This document shows positions 37,397-51,520 of a stretch of 64,000 bases of DNA, piece after piece. The stretch lies in NCBI GenBank assembly GCA_010015805.1, contig ML978126.1, positions 682,001 through 746,000 on the forward strand. Direction: 5' to 3'. The notes under the pieces were generated by a model, which was given only the letters and a program-made list of their open reading frames with translations, was not told where the DNA came from and did not search any database. This DNA comes from Rhizodiscina lignyota. Its lineage: Eukaryota. The translations under genes were made by a program, and so were the position numbers. Numbering within the stretch: position 1 is the stretch's first letter; each line of letters begins with the position of its first letter.

Positions 37397-39248
37397 TTAA
37401 GCTCTAATGTTGGTCAGTTTGATCAGCAGGGGCGACTTCTCCCACGTGTTATACGCCCGGAGCCCAGCGTGTTCGTTCGCAGGATTCCATAATGGTGCTC
37501 CATCCACGAACTCAAGATCAAAGTTCCACAGCAGTGCACCAAGAATCAGCCGAAGCTCAACATAGGTCAGATTGCGTCCAATACAGCCTCTCGGGCCGAG
37601 TGAGAAGGGTTGCGACGCCTTCTTTTGGTCGCTGTCGTACTCGGACGAAAGCCACCGTTCTGGAATGAAGGTATCCGGGTGTGCAAAGTTATTAGGGCTG
37701 TGAGAAGCTGCCCAAGAACTCACACAAACCGATGTCTGCGAAGATAAGCACGAATCTCAATCTATCAACCCGTGGATCAACTTACTCCGCCGGGTATCAT
37801 GTGTCCATCGATGTCTGAACCGCCCTCCGGTACCGTTCTTAGCAAGCCAATCGGCACTGGCGGAAAGATGCGAAGACCCTCTTCGATACACGCGTTCATG
37901 AACGGCAAATTGATCAAGTTGGCAATTACGAGATCCTGTTCCGTTTTGATAGCCCCTCTGATCTCAGCCTTAAGCCGGTCGAAGATTTCCGGATTTCGCA
38001 GCAAGTGGTTTGTCAACCCACAAAGGAGTGTTGCTGTCGTCTCTGATCCGGCAACTCTTTAGTCTGCGAGTCAGTATATTCCAAGTACCAGGAAAGCGGG
38101 TTCATACATGAACAGCGCAGCATTCATCAGGACCTCCTCATCGGAGACTTCGTTCTTCTTTTCTCGCTGCTTCAATATATAGTAGATGAAGTCCCTATGT
38201 TCAGTCTTCCGTGCCATGCGTCGGGTTGTCTTTTCCGTTGAGTTTTGCAGGTGCATTCTTCGCCTCTCACGAACGACACTTGGGATGCACCACATCAGGA
38301 ACTTCTGCATCAAGGTGCCATAAGCGGCGAACCGTCGAGTGGCTTGCTCGATCGCTCCAGACTTGATACTTTCGTAGATTAGCACGACCCATCTTGCGGA
38401 CTCACTGCCCTCTCCTGTACTTCGCTTAATAACAGCACATCATTGGACATTAATATTTTACGCACCTTCCTCAAGACATCCGAACGGCTCTCCGAAGGAC
38501 AGATCTCCAATAATGTCGAATGTGCAGAAGTTGTACCAGCTGACCATATTGGCCGGGGTACCCTCACGTGCAAGGCGGCGCAAATTGTCGATGAACTTAT
38601 TCACGTAGCCTGCAAGGATGTGCTCTTGTTCCATCAATGCCTTTTGGGAAAAGGCATGGGCTAATGCTCGTCGTTGGCGTGGATGATCGGCTTCGTCCGC
38701 CATGGTCAAGTTCGTCGCGCCAGGAATCGCCTCGACAGCGCCAACGTGAATAGGGTCCTTGTTCATGTTGACCCGTCCGATACGGTGTCCATAAATGTCA
38801 TCAAATGCGCGAGGAGTGTTGAAGGCAAGCTCGCTAGTGGTCTGTCAGGCTCTCCGCTAATGAAATTCTGGCTCTGTTACCAGGCACACGCACTTGGGCA
38901 TCACGCGGACGACTGGTCCGTACTTGTCATGCCATATCTTGTATTGAAAGGATATGCGTCCTATCAGAAGGTAGTAGATACTCGGGACCTTTGAAGTATT
39001 AGCCAACGCAGCTGGTTGAAGGAGTGAGAGGATGCCGCACTGGACTAATCGCACACAATATTGGACCCGGATATTTCGCAAGAGGATGAAGTGTGAGTCT
39101 ATACACTATTATTGCGACCCAATATAGCAGAATCTACAGATCATTAGCCTTTTGATTAGAAACGTGCATAATAAGCTAACAGAGGACATACTGCAGCAAC
39201 CGAGCCCAGGGCTGCGACCTTAATCGTGTCATAATCTAAAAGCCCCAT
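37397..39248 (-). CDS. Cytochrome P450 monooxygenase (CYP65/TRI11-like), multi-exon
   Basis: N-terminal TM then HPLAKYPGP, FDIIGDLSFGEPFGCL, AGSETTAT (I-helix), EGLR (ExxR), FIPERW and the heme motif FSLGPRGCIG. Confidence 0.93.
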
Positions 39249-40599
39249 GATGACTCTATACGAAACGAAAGACAGAAGATGTAAACTGATGTCGAGTTTA
39301 AAAGATATTTGAAGAATTGTGTGATATTTGTTCCTACTTAGCCTTTAGGTGCGAGAGCTCAATGCTGGAAAACGATTTCCTTGCGGAAGTTCACCAGCCA
39401 GCGTGTCCCGCGTTTCCAGGACCTACCCCTCGAGGTTCACACAAGTTCTTCTTCATATACCGTAACACATGAAATAATAGGAGGGAGGACAAGTGGAAGA
39501 AGAGAAGCTGCACTTCAGAGTTGTAGGTTCCGAGTGGGAGTGGGCTCGGCGTCGCGGCGATGAGCGTGAGAAAACCTGAGCGAAGGCCTTGCGCGTTACA
39601 GTTGTCCATACCGGCTCGAATACATCCTATGAGCATCAGGGTTGTCATTCTGAGCTGTCCGAAGTGTTGGACGAAGAGCTTTGGACGTATTTGTGTGACA
39701 TTGTCAATATTCTCCTTTCTCAAAGTCAAGGCCTTTCAGACTAGTCCTAATTCGGTAAGTAGGCGCCTTACTCCGCTACTCCGAACATCAACCAGATAAC
39801 AAGACAAGATATTTCACGTGTCTAGGTACTTTGCAAAAATTTCTTCTGAGTCTATCTACCTCTTCTTTAGTACATAACCAGTTTCACTCTTCGTTGAGGT
39901 GGTTGCATTCATATTACATTAAAAGAACACAAGGATGCTGAGCTCCGTCTGAGCTCCGTCCTCCGCACTCCGTAAAGCACTGTGGATACCACGATTTCCA
40001 TGCTGTTGTAAGCCTACAAGCAAATGCCAAGCACGGTCAACAGCGGAATTCCGTTCATCAGTTTTATATGGGATGTCGACCATTTTGGCAATGACGACTG
40101 CGAACTATACCGCTCAGCGGTCTACGAAGAGTGGATACTGGCTTTGTAATAGCATTCAGACGGGGATCAAAGCGGAATAAATCCACCCTCGCGGGTTATA
40201 ACCGTTTATGAATTCACATTCTCTCCTGAAGCCATGCAAATTGCAGGTGTCTATGCTTGGCGTAGATGTTCGGACATCGGGGTGGAGGTGGAATTCCTGT
40301 GGCAAGGACAAGAGTCAACCAATCAGCACAATTATAACCCGGGATGGTATGTTCCTTGATAGGAAAATGCAAGTTCAACATCCATCATTCAAGCAAAATG
40401 GATCGGCAAAGACATGTATGAAGCATCAAAAAGAGACCTTGAACATAGGCCCCAGCATGGCACTCGGACATTGGGCCCGCCGCTATACCCGCCATCGATA
40501 TATAAATCGTCCAGCTGAAATGAACAGGTCGAAAGATACAGCAAGTTCAACTCGACTTCAGCAAGGACAAAGAGAAAATTTATCCTGCATCATTTCAAT

Positions 40600-42457
40600 A
40601 TGGCCGAGACCGTAAAGGTGGATATTCTCATATGCGGCGCGGGACCTGTTGGACTGCTCTTAGCATATCAATTGAAACGAATGGGACACTCCATATACAT
40701 CATCGGTCAGCAAACTCTTGCCCATATTAGTATCAAGTTTACAGTTAACCATGAACAGATAGACACGATGCGGAAAAGCAGTCAATGTTTGGACGTGCGA
40801 CCTCATTGTTTCCTCGCACGCTGGAAATGTTGGACCAACTAGATCTGTTGGAGGAGATGAACCAAATTGGTGTAATTGGGCGGAGCAGCGTAACATTCAA
40901 GGATGGGAAAAGGCTGGCATCCCGCGGGTGGCATTCAATGTTTACAGAAATGGGAGAAACATACCTCGACTATATTTTGAACATTAGGCAAAAGTTCTCA
41001 ATGGATGTCTTTCGCCGCAGGTACCAGAAGCTGGGAGGGTTGGTTGGGACTGAATGGACACTGAAAGAGATGGAAATTCACGAAAAAGATGCAGAGCATT
41101 ACAGAGTCACCAGCATGCTCCATGGTGGCTCTGGTGGTACCAAGGTTGTGAAAAGGTGAGTGTGACTTGCAGTACTCCGTGATTCTTGCTCAAATTTCCA
41201 ACAGCAAATATATCATCGGAGCAGATGGCGGGAGGTCAACTGTGCGCCAGCTCGCAGGAATCGACTTTAACGGAGAAGAGAGAACCTACCGATGGGTTCG
41301 TATTGATGGTATATTCAAGACGAACATGCCTGATGCTGAGATCGGCTTTAATGCGATTGAATCCAAAAAGCACGGAAATGTGCTTTGGGTCCAGCTTGAA
41401 CATGGAGTGCAAAGGATTGGCTTCGCTCTGAATTCGGAGATGTACGCAAAGTACGGCGATACGATGACCATCGAACAAGCAAGCGCGGAAGCGAAAGAAG
41501 CCATGGCACCATTCACTTTCGAAATCGAACGTGTCGAGTGGTGGACACTGTACAAGTCAGTATTGATGTCAAGCAGTCAACTTACAAGATCAGTGATTAT
41601 TTCTCAGGATCCAACAAAAGATTGCGATGCACTTCGTCTCCGGGCCCGTTTTACTGGCTGGCGATTCCTGCCACACTCATTCGTCCGGCGCTGCACAAGG
41701 CATGAACACTGGAATGCACGATGCCACCAACCTTGGGTGGAAGCTTGGCGGAGTGCTCGGTGGATGGCTCAAAGAAGAGATCCTGAAGACATACGAATCA
41801 GAGCGACGCACAGCTGCGCAAACTTTGATCGATCTCGATGAAGACTTCTCGACCTGCCTCAGTGGACACGTCCCTGAACGCCATGCGGCAATGGGTGCAG
41901 ACCCGAACGAGGTATTCTTCCATCTCTTCCAACAATCCATTCAGTTCAACATTGGAATTGGCATCGAATTTGCCGCCAATATCCTAAATGTCGACCCGCA
42001 TGCAGGGATGGTCACTGCTGGCAAGAGAGGTCCTGATTGCCTGTTGCGTGCTCCAGGATCCCATATTCCAACGAGACTTTTCCAGGTCACGAAGAACACT
42101 GGCATATTCTCGGTTATTGTATTTGCTGGGCAGCCACATCTAACAGCGTCGGCTGTGCGAAGTCTGAGAAGAGTCATGGATAGCAAGACTACTCCTCTAG
42201 AGATGATGCCGAGAGGCTCATTCCGATTGCTAACGATCATCGCGGGCTATGCGATGAATGCTGATACCGCCCTGGGCGTAGAGAAATTCGGCGATGCGTA
42301 TTACGATGTTGACCATACTGCGCACGCGAAATATCACATCTCAACCAGCCGCGGCGCAATCGTCATTCTCCGGCCTGATGGTATCTTGGGCACAGCCGTG
42401 GACTTGGATGAGCCCGGGATAATTGCCCAGTACTTTTCGGCATTCACCCGAACTTAG
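40600..42457 (+). CDS. FAD-dependent monooxygenase (phenol hydroxylase/FAD_binding_3 family)
   Basis: ICGAGPVGL (GxGxxG), IIGADGGRS (DG motif), LLAGDSCHTHSSGAAQGMNTGMHDATNLGWKL (GD motif), C-terminal ILRPDG; three introns. Confidence 0.93.
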
Positions 42458-42836
42458 GTGAGAGCGCGTGAAATACTCGCCGCATTCCAAAGGGAACAGT
42501 GGAGTTGGTCATCAGTCTTATCATGATTTGGATGGATGTGACGTGTGAGGTGTATATTGAAATGGACTCTTGATTTGTCCACGTCTATAAGCCAATGGAT
42601 GGGAGTTCTTTTTTACTGCCTGGAGTTTGAAGACGTGAAATTAAGGCTCGGACCCTAAGGCGGATAACTCGGAACAGGAGTCTCCAAACAAAGCTTAGGC
42701 TGAGGTCACCTCACATGCAATGCGCGATTTGAATGCTTACCTAACCAACTACAACCTCCAAAGATCGAGACAGAAAGCTGGTGGATATCTCGAAACGGCG
42801 GTTTCAGTATATGTGTAGCCTTCGACATCTGAGCGT

Positions 42837-45588
42837 ATGGACGGCTTTTCAGAGCAGCTTCTTTCGACTGCTCAAAGCTCGGAATTCGCTCCTCAGCCGG
42901 GATCACAGTCGGCTTTCCCGAATCACGACGCCAGTCAGCAGCAAAAAGACGGTAAAGACCTCAAATACACCTGTCCACAATGCAACAAGAAATTCAGCAG
43001 ATCGTATGTCCTTCTACATGCATCACTCGATCGTAAGGCATGAAAGCTAAATAATCGGACATGTAGGGATTCTTTAAATCGCCACCTTCGAAACCGCTGC
43101 ACCGGCGGTCTTGACAGACGTCGGCGTAGAAAATCTTGCAAATCATGCGCATGGTATTAATTCGCCGCTCTTTGTTTTAGGTCTACTTACTGACGAACCC
43201 TAATAAGGGACAAAATACGCTGTTCTGCAGAGCGACCTTCATGTGCGGCATGTAGGCGAAAAGGGCGATTGTGTCAGTATGAGGGTCCCACATGGCCGAA
43301 AGAATCCTCGCCCGAACCGAGCCCTCAGGCTTCTGGCTTTCCCGATCCCTACTCCAGTGCACCTCAAATCGGGGATCTAGCTGCTTTTGACGGCAGTAAT
43401 GGACTAGATTTTCTACCCGCCGTCTCCGCCGGATTTGGCGAGCAGCCGCTGTGGGGTTATGAGACGATTCCGTTCGCAGGACTCCTCGATCTTCCAGACT
43501 GGACTTCATCTCAGGACTTTTCTAACACAGCCGCTCTCGCTAATGGCCTTAGCTGGTACTGGCCGCTTGACAGTCCGGAGGTTTTCACAGCACAAACAGA
43601 CTCGACTACCCAAACTCCAGTCATCTCAAATGATTTGCAGAGCTATGAGCACAACATTTCAATGCCGCGCCCTCCAGATACCGTCTCTTCTCATGGATCT
43701 GGATACGAGAGCCCCGTTACAGCTGTTTGGTCTGGCGTAGAGACAGTTCCGCCAAGTCCCAAGAAAGCCAAGAAAACACACAAGACTGACAGTGCGAATA
43801 AGGAGGACAGTTTCATGCGAAAAATTTGCGAATCGCTGAAAGGATCTCCTTGGGAAAAGATACCCTTGTCACAGCTTCCGACGAAACAGGGCGTTGAGCG
43901 ATACGTCAACCTGTATTTCACTCGATTCCACCCTGTACGTCTTCCTGCTTAACTGATACATATTATCTTACTGACATACCTTAGTACCATCCCATGCTTC
44001 ACAGGCCATCGTTCAATCTTGGTGAAGAACATGTCTGCTTGGTAATTACTATGGCAGCCTTCGGAGCGTATCTCAACGGGCCGGAGAGCAATCGAGTTCA
44101 TGCAGAGAACTTATTTGAGCTCGGTAGGAGGGTCCTCGTTTATCTGGTTCGCTAGTCCTCCAGCAGTTCTTATGCTGTAACCTTTGCTGACGAGCGAAAA
44201 AGGGCGAATCTGATCACAAATATAAGAAACAAAAATTCTTCGTAACCACTCAGCTTCTGCAGCTCATTTTCGCACGTTTGAGCGGAAATTCCAGGCTTTT
44301 CGACATCATGGAATCAGTGCGAGGCGCACTCGTCATCAACGCATGCGATTTTGGCCTTGTATCACCAGAGCGCAACAACGATTACGGCAATGGCTCTATT
44401 GAAGAACAATGGCGGACATGGATCGATCAGGAGAAGGACTGCCGACTTTCTTGGGGCGTATTTGAGACCGACTCATCTGCTACCTTCTTGTACAATGCAA
44501 GGCCTTATATACGACTGGCCAGGATGCATGTCAACATGACCTGTTCCGAGGAGCTCTGGGAGGCTGAAACGGCAGAGGAGTGGGCCGCTTTAAAATCTTC
44601 ACCGGGACTACAACTCCAAGGCCCATTTTTTCCAGACCTCCTTGACGAGCTCATTGGAAGCTGGGAAAATGGTGGGCTCGCAAGCCGTATCACGAACATG
44701 AGGCATCAGCGCGTCTTGATGCTTGCCACCGCCAGAATGCAGTGGACGCTGAAAGACATAAATACTTCAACGCCAATATATTACAAGAGTCGTGGAAAGT
44801 CTCTATTCAGAGAGGAAGCCAATGATATTTCTAAAGTTATGACCTCCTTCCAAGATGCCATTCGATCGTCTCTGAAGTCAGCGGTGCTGACCTCCGCGGA
44901 CTATCAGCATGCTGCACGCAATCTTCCAATCGCTCACATATCGCATCTGTATGCGGCAGGCGATCTTATGGACTGGCTGTATATGTTCCTCCAAACCGAG
45001 AAGAGTGAACTCCAGCGTGGGCGGATGCTCCGGGCGCGGTGGGCCTCGGAACGCCTGGACCGGGTCAGACAAGCCGCCTTTCACTGCGGCCAGCTTCTGG
45101 GCATTGCAAGGCACTATCCAAAGGCATTTCCGCAGCTTCCGTTCATGATATTTCATGCTGGCGCAGCGTTATGGTGCATCGCACCGTTCCTCAACGGCAA
45201 TCCCAGCAAAGCTCCAAGTATGGCGAGCATAAGTACGAGAGCGAGTACACCAGCGAACGAAGCCACTTCGGTGGACCGAGTGCGTATAGATTACTTACCA
45301 GAATTCGGAAACCTTGAGGCACTAGCAGATCCAGCCAAGGCAAGCGAATTATCCAGGTGCCGAACGGACCTGGACGTATGGTTAGCAGCAGGTGTGAATG
45401 TGGCGGGCGTGTCTCGACCGATGATTGTAGGGATCGAAGGCATAAGGGACGTGAGCACAGAGTCTGGTCGCCTGCAAGTTTTGAGGACCGCGGCCGATCT
45501 TCTGGCACAGCAATCTGCATGTGGCATTTCGGAAAAGTTCCGGGCGGTCTTTGAACTCCTTACGCAAAATCGCGAAAACTGGAAATGA
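42837..45588 (+). CDS. Transcription factor with a C2H2/C2HC finger, Zn(II)2Cys6 cluster and fungal TF middle-homology domain
   Basis: After splicing: YTCPQCNKKFSRSDSLNRHLRNRC, SCKSCAWDKIRCSAERPSCAACRRKGRLCQY, LYFTRFHPYHPMLHRPSF, EELWEAETAEEW. Confidence 0.88.
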
Positions 45589-46870
45589 GCTTCCAGGACC
45601 TGTAAATCTCGAATTACCTTGAAGATTTATCTCAGACGGAGCGCGGTTGGTGGCGCGCGACGGCATGCATAAGTGCCGGGTGGGATATAATCACAGGACA
45701 CTGCTACATGGTTACCGGTAATCGAACTATTGGGCAACTCCGATGGTATCCTGCTACAGCCAGCTCGCTGGCGGGATTTATTCTTTGCCCCAAAGTTGCT
45801 TCAAGCCGCAATGTACAGCGTGTGGAGGATATCGGAAGGTCGCAAAGAAACCTCGGTCTGATACTAAGATCTGGTTCTGCGCAAGACGAGATCAACAGTA
45901 TATTGATGCCGGTAAGTCTCCAAGATGTTACGCATCCTTTGTAGTGCGTGATGAGACTGATTTGGGATGACAGGATAGTGGGCCGCCGAGGAAGCTGTAA
46001 CGAGTAAGGTTGTAGCATCGCTTGCACTTAAAAGGAGGCGAAAGGGTGTCTGGAAGTTTAGTTGTACATTAGAGTATATGCACAAATAGCAGTCCTATTA
46101 AGAGACTTGTACGCCTTATTACTTACAGAAACTACAAGTCATTACTATTCAGTGTCTCGAAAGCTGCAGCAAGTCGTTGTCATCCTTAAGTTTATCGTTC
46201 AGGCTCACCGTGAGAAATCGCAAGCTAACAGGAGGTGACACGAGGGTGACAAAATACGAATAGCCGGTCGCCGAAGGAGTTGTAACATCTAAGAGCGAAG
46301 AGATATTGCACTGCAAGGCAAGTCAGACCATCTATGAAAGCTCTTGTTCTACTTTCTTCAGAGTGTATATGTAAATAACAATGCCAATGAAGACCTGTAC
46401 GCTGTATCAGCCATAGAAGACTCCAACCGCGGCCGGGCAAGCTGTAACGCCTATGGGCGAGCAGCTCTTACTCGTCGAAGTAAGCGTGAGCACCTCTGAA
46501 AGTTTAATTCTGCGTGCTTTAGAGTATTTCCGCCCTGACTGCCCAATGCCTTAAAAGTTAAGGACAGCTTATTTATCACCGTCAAGACGGGCTGTCTTCT
46601 GTCCGATGTAAATAGTCTCTCTACAATCACAAGACAGAAAATGCAACATGCACAGTATGGAGCAAGCTTAAGATATGCTAGATACTTAGACACTTATCTG
46701 TCTATTCATTCATGAATCCAAGAAAAAAAATGCCGACACATTAATGTGCCAATGAGACAGAGTACATCCTGTCTGCCTCCCCATCACGCTTTTAGCCACC
46801 AAAACGCCGCGCTGGTTATGCAATCAATCTCTATCATACATTTTGCTCCTCCTCTTCTGCCCCGTCCACA

Positions 46871-49800
46871 TTACCTCAATGCTCCTTCGATCCTCGCTCT
46901 CAACAGTCTCGACTCCTCAGTAGTGACCGGGGTCAAGACATTAGCACCCTCGACATTCTTCAGCGTCTGCAGCACCCCCATCGCATTCTCCTCGCCGCCA
47001 AAGACCAGCTCACCAGCAGCGCCATTCGCCAGACTGTCCGAGAACCAGCGCTGCACAACGTACACGATCCACGCGCCCACAATGCCGCGGTTCCTCCTAT
47101 CATTCCATGGCGCCTCGTTGCCGTAGAACAGGCCCTCGAGCACAACGACCATCGTCTCAAACGGCACCGAGAGATCTGCAAAAAGCGCCGGGACCCACTC
47201 CTGCGGCGGCATTCTGGCCTGGCGATTGTGGCCCAGGACACCGTCACCCTTGAGCACCTGGTCGACGTAGTACTTGGCAGCGAGTGGTAGGACGACCTGG
47301 ATTGCGAACGCCACCTCGCTGAGCTGCAGCTTTGCGCCCATGGTGCGGATTCTTTCGCCGACGCGCTCCCACGGCTGCGCTATTTGGACAGAGTCTGCAG
47401 CCTGCTCGTTGTAGATTTGGACCTGTTCGAATTGGTCCCGCTCGATCAGGCTTTCCCACGTCGCTGCGACATGTGGGAGGTTGCGGTAGTCGCCGATTTG
47501 GTAGATGACAAGGGCGAGGTCTTCGTAGGATGCTTGATCAACGTATTGGTGGTATAGCTTAGCGCAGGATGTTAGCATTAGTCCAATCAAAGTACCGAAA
47601 GTGAATACTCACCTCATCAAGAGTCTTGATCGGTCCATTCAAATCCTTCATAATCTCTGGCCTCTTATCTTTTGTCAGCCTGCGATCGCGGAGCAAACGA
47701 GATAGCAGGTCTTCCTGCAAATTTGCCAGTTCAAGCAGATCGTTGATCTCCCTGATAATCTCTTGTCGGCCCTGCCTGCTTCTACCCATGGAACTGCTCA
47801 ACCCATTCAGGCCTCTGAAGCTGTCTGCTCCGGTTTTTGTGCCGGCATTCGCCTTCGCTCTTGCAAGATACTCGATGCGCGCGTTGAGGCCGAGATTGAA
47901 GCCAGACTTTGCGAGTTGAAGCTGCACAGTTGCAGCCTCGAAGTAGCGAGCGTAATGGGTATAGTACTTCCACAGCAAATCTGCATGCAGGACGTCTTCT
48001 AGGCTCTTGTGCTGCAGGTAGCTAACCACGAAGGGTGACTTGATCTCAAGCAACCGGTCTGGCCAGCCTTGTGCGAGGTACCAGTCGTAAAGGTTCATCT
48101 GGAACAGCTCGTCTGATGAATTGTCGATGATTGAATACGCCTCGCTTCGGCGACGCTGCGCGATCGAAAGCTGTGTGTCGGGTATGTTTTGCGCGCTCGT
48201 GGCCTTGTCCACTTCGGTGATGATGTTATGGATGAGGTCGTAGCATGCCTTCCTCTGTTCGTAGAGTTCTTTCCTGGGATCATCGGTTGGCGATCCATCT
48301 TTCACCCAGCTGCCAGCTCGGTTCGCACGATCAACCTGCTTCGCAACCTCAAGAACGAGTTCGATCGACCCAGCCCAGAACTGCATTTTAACATACGCTT
48401 CGATCCCTTGTCGGAGAACTTCCATCCTAAGCGATCCAGCGACTTTCTCGAACAGACGTAGTGACTCGTTCAGTAGCCTACGCCCAGTCTCTGTGTCCTT
48501 GCCCGCCTCTTCTGCCTTCTTCAACATCTCTTGAGCCTTGAAGACGACAACGTCGTCCGCACTGCAGAAAGTGCCGCACTTCCGTCTCAGTGCCTCTGCT
48601 ACCGTCTCGACATTACTTCCCGCAGCGATGTTCCTGTTGACAATAGCCTTGACCAGCTCTTTCGCCAATTCCTTGCCTTGGGTGCTGGTGAAGAGGGTCT
48701 CGAAGGTGAGCTGCCTCACCGCTTGCCGAGCTTGATCTGAGAGCGACAGGATAATCTCGTCGACTCTGTTGTCGAACAATACCAGCACAAAAGCCATGCC
48801 TTCGATCACGTCCGCAATCAATTTCACCAATGAGCTCAAAGCCTGATGTTCGCCTTGCAGAGCCATCTCCTCTTGCTTGCTTCCAACGCGGCCCAACGCC
48901 TCTGGTCCTGCCAAGCCCTCGATGAAGCTTTTGTTCTGATCCAGAAACTCTTGCAGATTTGTCAGATCTCTCTGAACATCTCTCAGCTTCTCAAGCGGCA
49001 CGGTGGGGTTGACCGTCAGTCCTCCAGTTGGGGTCGCGGTCTCCTGCAATATCGGCGCCTTCCACACGGATCGCACAAGCCTGCCGATGTAAAGCGCCAT
49101 GCCTTCATGCCGTGGAGACGGTCGAACGGTATCGACGGCGGATTCGCCACGATTCAGAGCGTAATTCTCATTGACGATGGCTTTCCCACCCTGTGTAATG
49201 AAGACTTTTCTCGCTGCAGCAACAACCTCTGGGTCAGTCAGGCTCCCTACTCTCGCACCATCAGTGCTGACATCCAAAGCCTGGCCACATGTCACAGCGA
49301 GTGTAGTTGCGATGGTCTCGGCACGACCATAGAAGCGGACGAATGAGTTGACTGCGGATTCCAGCGACTCATCATTGATTTTGTGTTGCTTAAGGAGTGT
49401 AGCAAAGATGTCAACCATGCGCCTTCTTCTGATCGTATGAACGCCTGTGTGTGTAAGCACTGCAATCTCAGTTGTAGGCTTGTCGAATTGAACCGCGAGT
49501 TCATTGCCAAATCCTTGCGGGGTAGATGCCGCAGAGAACTCAGCAGTAACGAGACCGATGTCTTGCGCGATACCGCTGATTGAAAGCGTCATGCCGGTTT
49601 CAATGAACTTGGCGCCTTGTAATGTGTCCGAGCGTCCTGCTATCCGTCCCGTATCGGGAGCTGAGATGAAGAGATTGTCCATGGTGTTGTTGCCTTGGTT
49701 AAAGAGGTCGAAGAAGAAGCCCGGAGCGAAGCGAGCACTGCTCTGTGTGCCGGTGAGATAGCGAGAGTTCGTGTCGACAAGTTGATTCTGTCCATAAATA

Positions 49801-51180
49801 CGGTTTGGAGATGGAGTTCGCTTGGGGGAGCCTGCTCTGGATTTGTGCTCTGATGGCGGAAATTTGACGTGGTGCACTTGCATGCTTGAGGGTGCACTGG
49901 TGGAATCGGTGGAGAAGTAGGTGCCAGACGTAGCGCTGAGGAATATCCGACACCCTGTATTTGTCGTGGCCATCAGATTCAGTCTCGATGCTTCCCGTGC
50001 AGAGATGGGACTGATCGAAACAATCCCAACGCCCGGCCTGAAGAGCTCCGAGTTTCGAACCATGTGCATGACATTCGAGATCACGTTTGAGAGCGTCCTC
50101 GTAATCACCAGGTTCAGTGTCGAGCTGGTTGCCATGTGGAACACTCTGATGGTGCTTTGATTTGACAGCGTATATACCAGATTGCGTGTATCGTCCACAA
50201 TTATCTGTGTAACCGCTTCTGGAGGCCCTCTTGTTCCGAATGTGATGGTGGGCATAACAGAGGTCAAGCCTTTGCTTGTATGGTTCACTCTTCCACAGCG
50301 ATTTGCGAACCATTTCTCCTCTTGCTGGTACGTGAGCTCGTAGACGTCGTTCGATGATCGGCCGGCAAAGAATATGCGCCCGGTCTTGTCGCTTCCAGCG
50401 ACACAGGTTGCGTCAATGCCCTTGATTGATGCCTGCATCTTTGTTTGATACAGCCTGACAGTGACTACACCACTGGCCGCCTTTTCTGTCGCCAAGCCAA
50501 TGAGCAAGATATCGCTCGTCGTCGCGACAACGATCATATGTGTGATTTCCTTTATGAACACGCCCTCCCGCGGCTTCACCAGCTTCACGCTCATTATGCT
50601 GTTCGGCTGCTCTTCGAAACCAATGAGCTGTGGGTCTGGCGCTGTGTAGTCCCACAGATAGAGAGCATTGTCGATGCTTAACCACGCATGGTGTAGCTCT
50701 GCGAAAAGGCCCATCATTGTGTGAACCTGCGCTTGATTGTATTGCTCGAAGATTTTGTCCGGAAGAGCGTACGTTTTCATGCGCTGGAAAGGTGCCATTG
50801 CACCTGAAGGCGATGTGGAGATGTCGTAGTCAGAAGATATGCCCTCTGTTGATGTATTAGATCACTGCAAATAATTTTCACGCGTAAGACTTACGAATTA
50901 TGTAGGTATCGAGATCTGGATATCGAGCATCCACCGCGAGCATCTCATTCACCGTCCTTGCTGCTCTTGATGCCAAAGTTGCCGAAGAGCTTCCACCTAC
51001 TCCATTGACTTGCGACTGCGACTGTGATGGCGCTGGCCCCACCGGTCCGCCATTTTGCTGTATTGCGCTTCCAGAAGCGCCGAAAACTGGAGGCTGGGAA
51101 GCTGTCGCGCGACTCGGAGCAGGCGTCTGAATGAAATTCCCTGGAAGAGGTCGCTGTGGTGTGACTGGCGGTAGCGACAT
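46871..51180 (-). CDS. NUP170: Nucleoporin Nup170/Nup157 (Nup155 family), 3 exons
   Basis: MGLFAELHHAWLSIDNALYLWDY, ELTYQQEEKWF, HHVKFPP, GFGNELAVQF, SPRHEGMALY, LRRKCGTFCSADDV, RIEYLARAKAN. Confidence 0.95.
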
Positions 51181-51520
51181 TGTTGCGCTTCGCAGAAGCG
51201 CCTGTGGCGAGGAAGAGAGGAGAGAGGTTGAGGAGGGGATTGTGGTGTTGAAGCTTTCGAGATCCAAAAGTCGCGATGGTCGCGTTTGGAGGTCGGAGGG
51301 TGTGGCCCGTGCGCTATTCAAGCTTAAACTTTTTGGGGACACCAGCCTCCCAATCGCATTCTCTATTCACAGTGATTTCCTCAATTGAGACACAATAGGA
51401 ATGCGCTGAGTGTCCTTTGACTACTCCTATTTCCTCATTTAGTAGCTACAAGTTCCTTTCCTTCCGAGTCTACAGCGCACTCTTGATCAATCAAAGCTCC
51501 TTAAGCTGCTCACCTTCATC

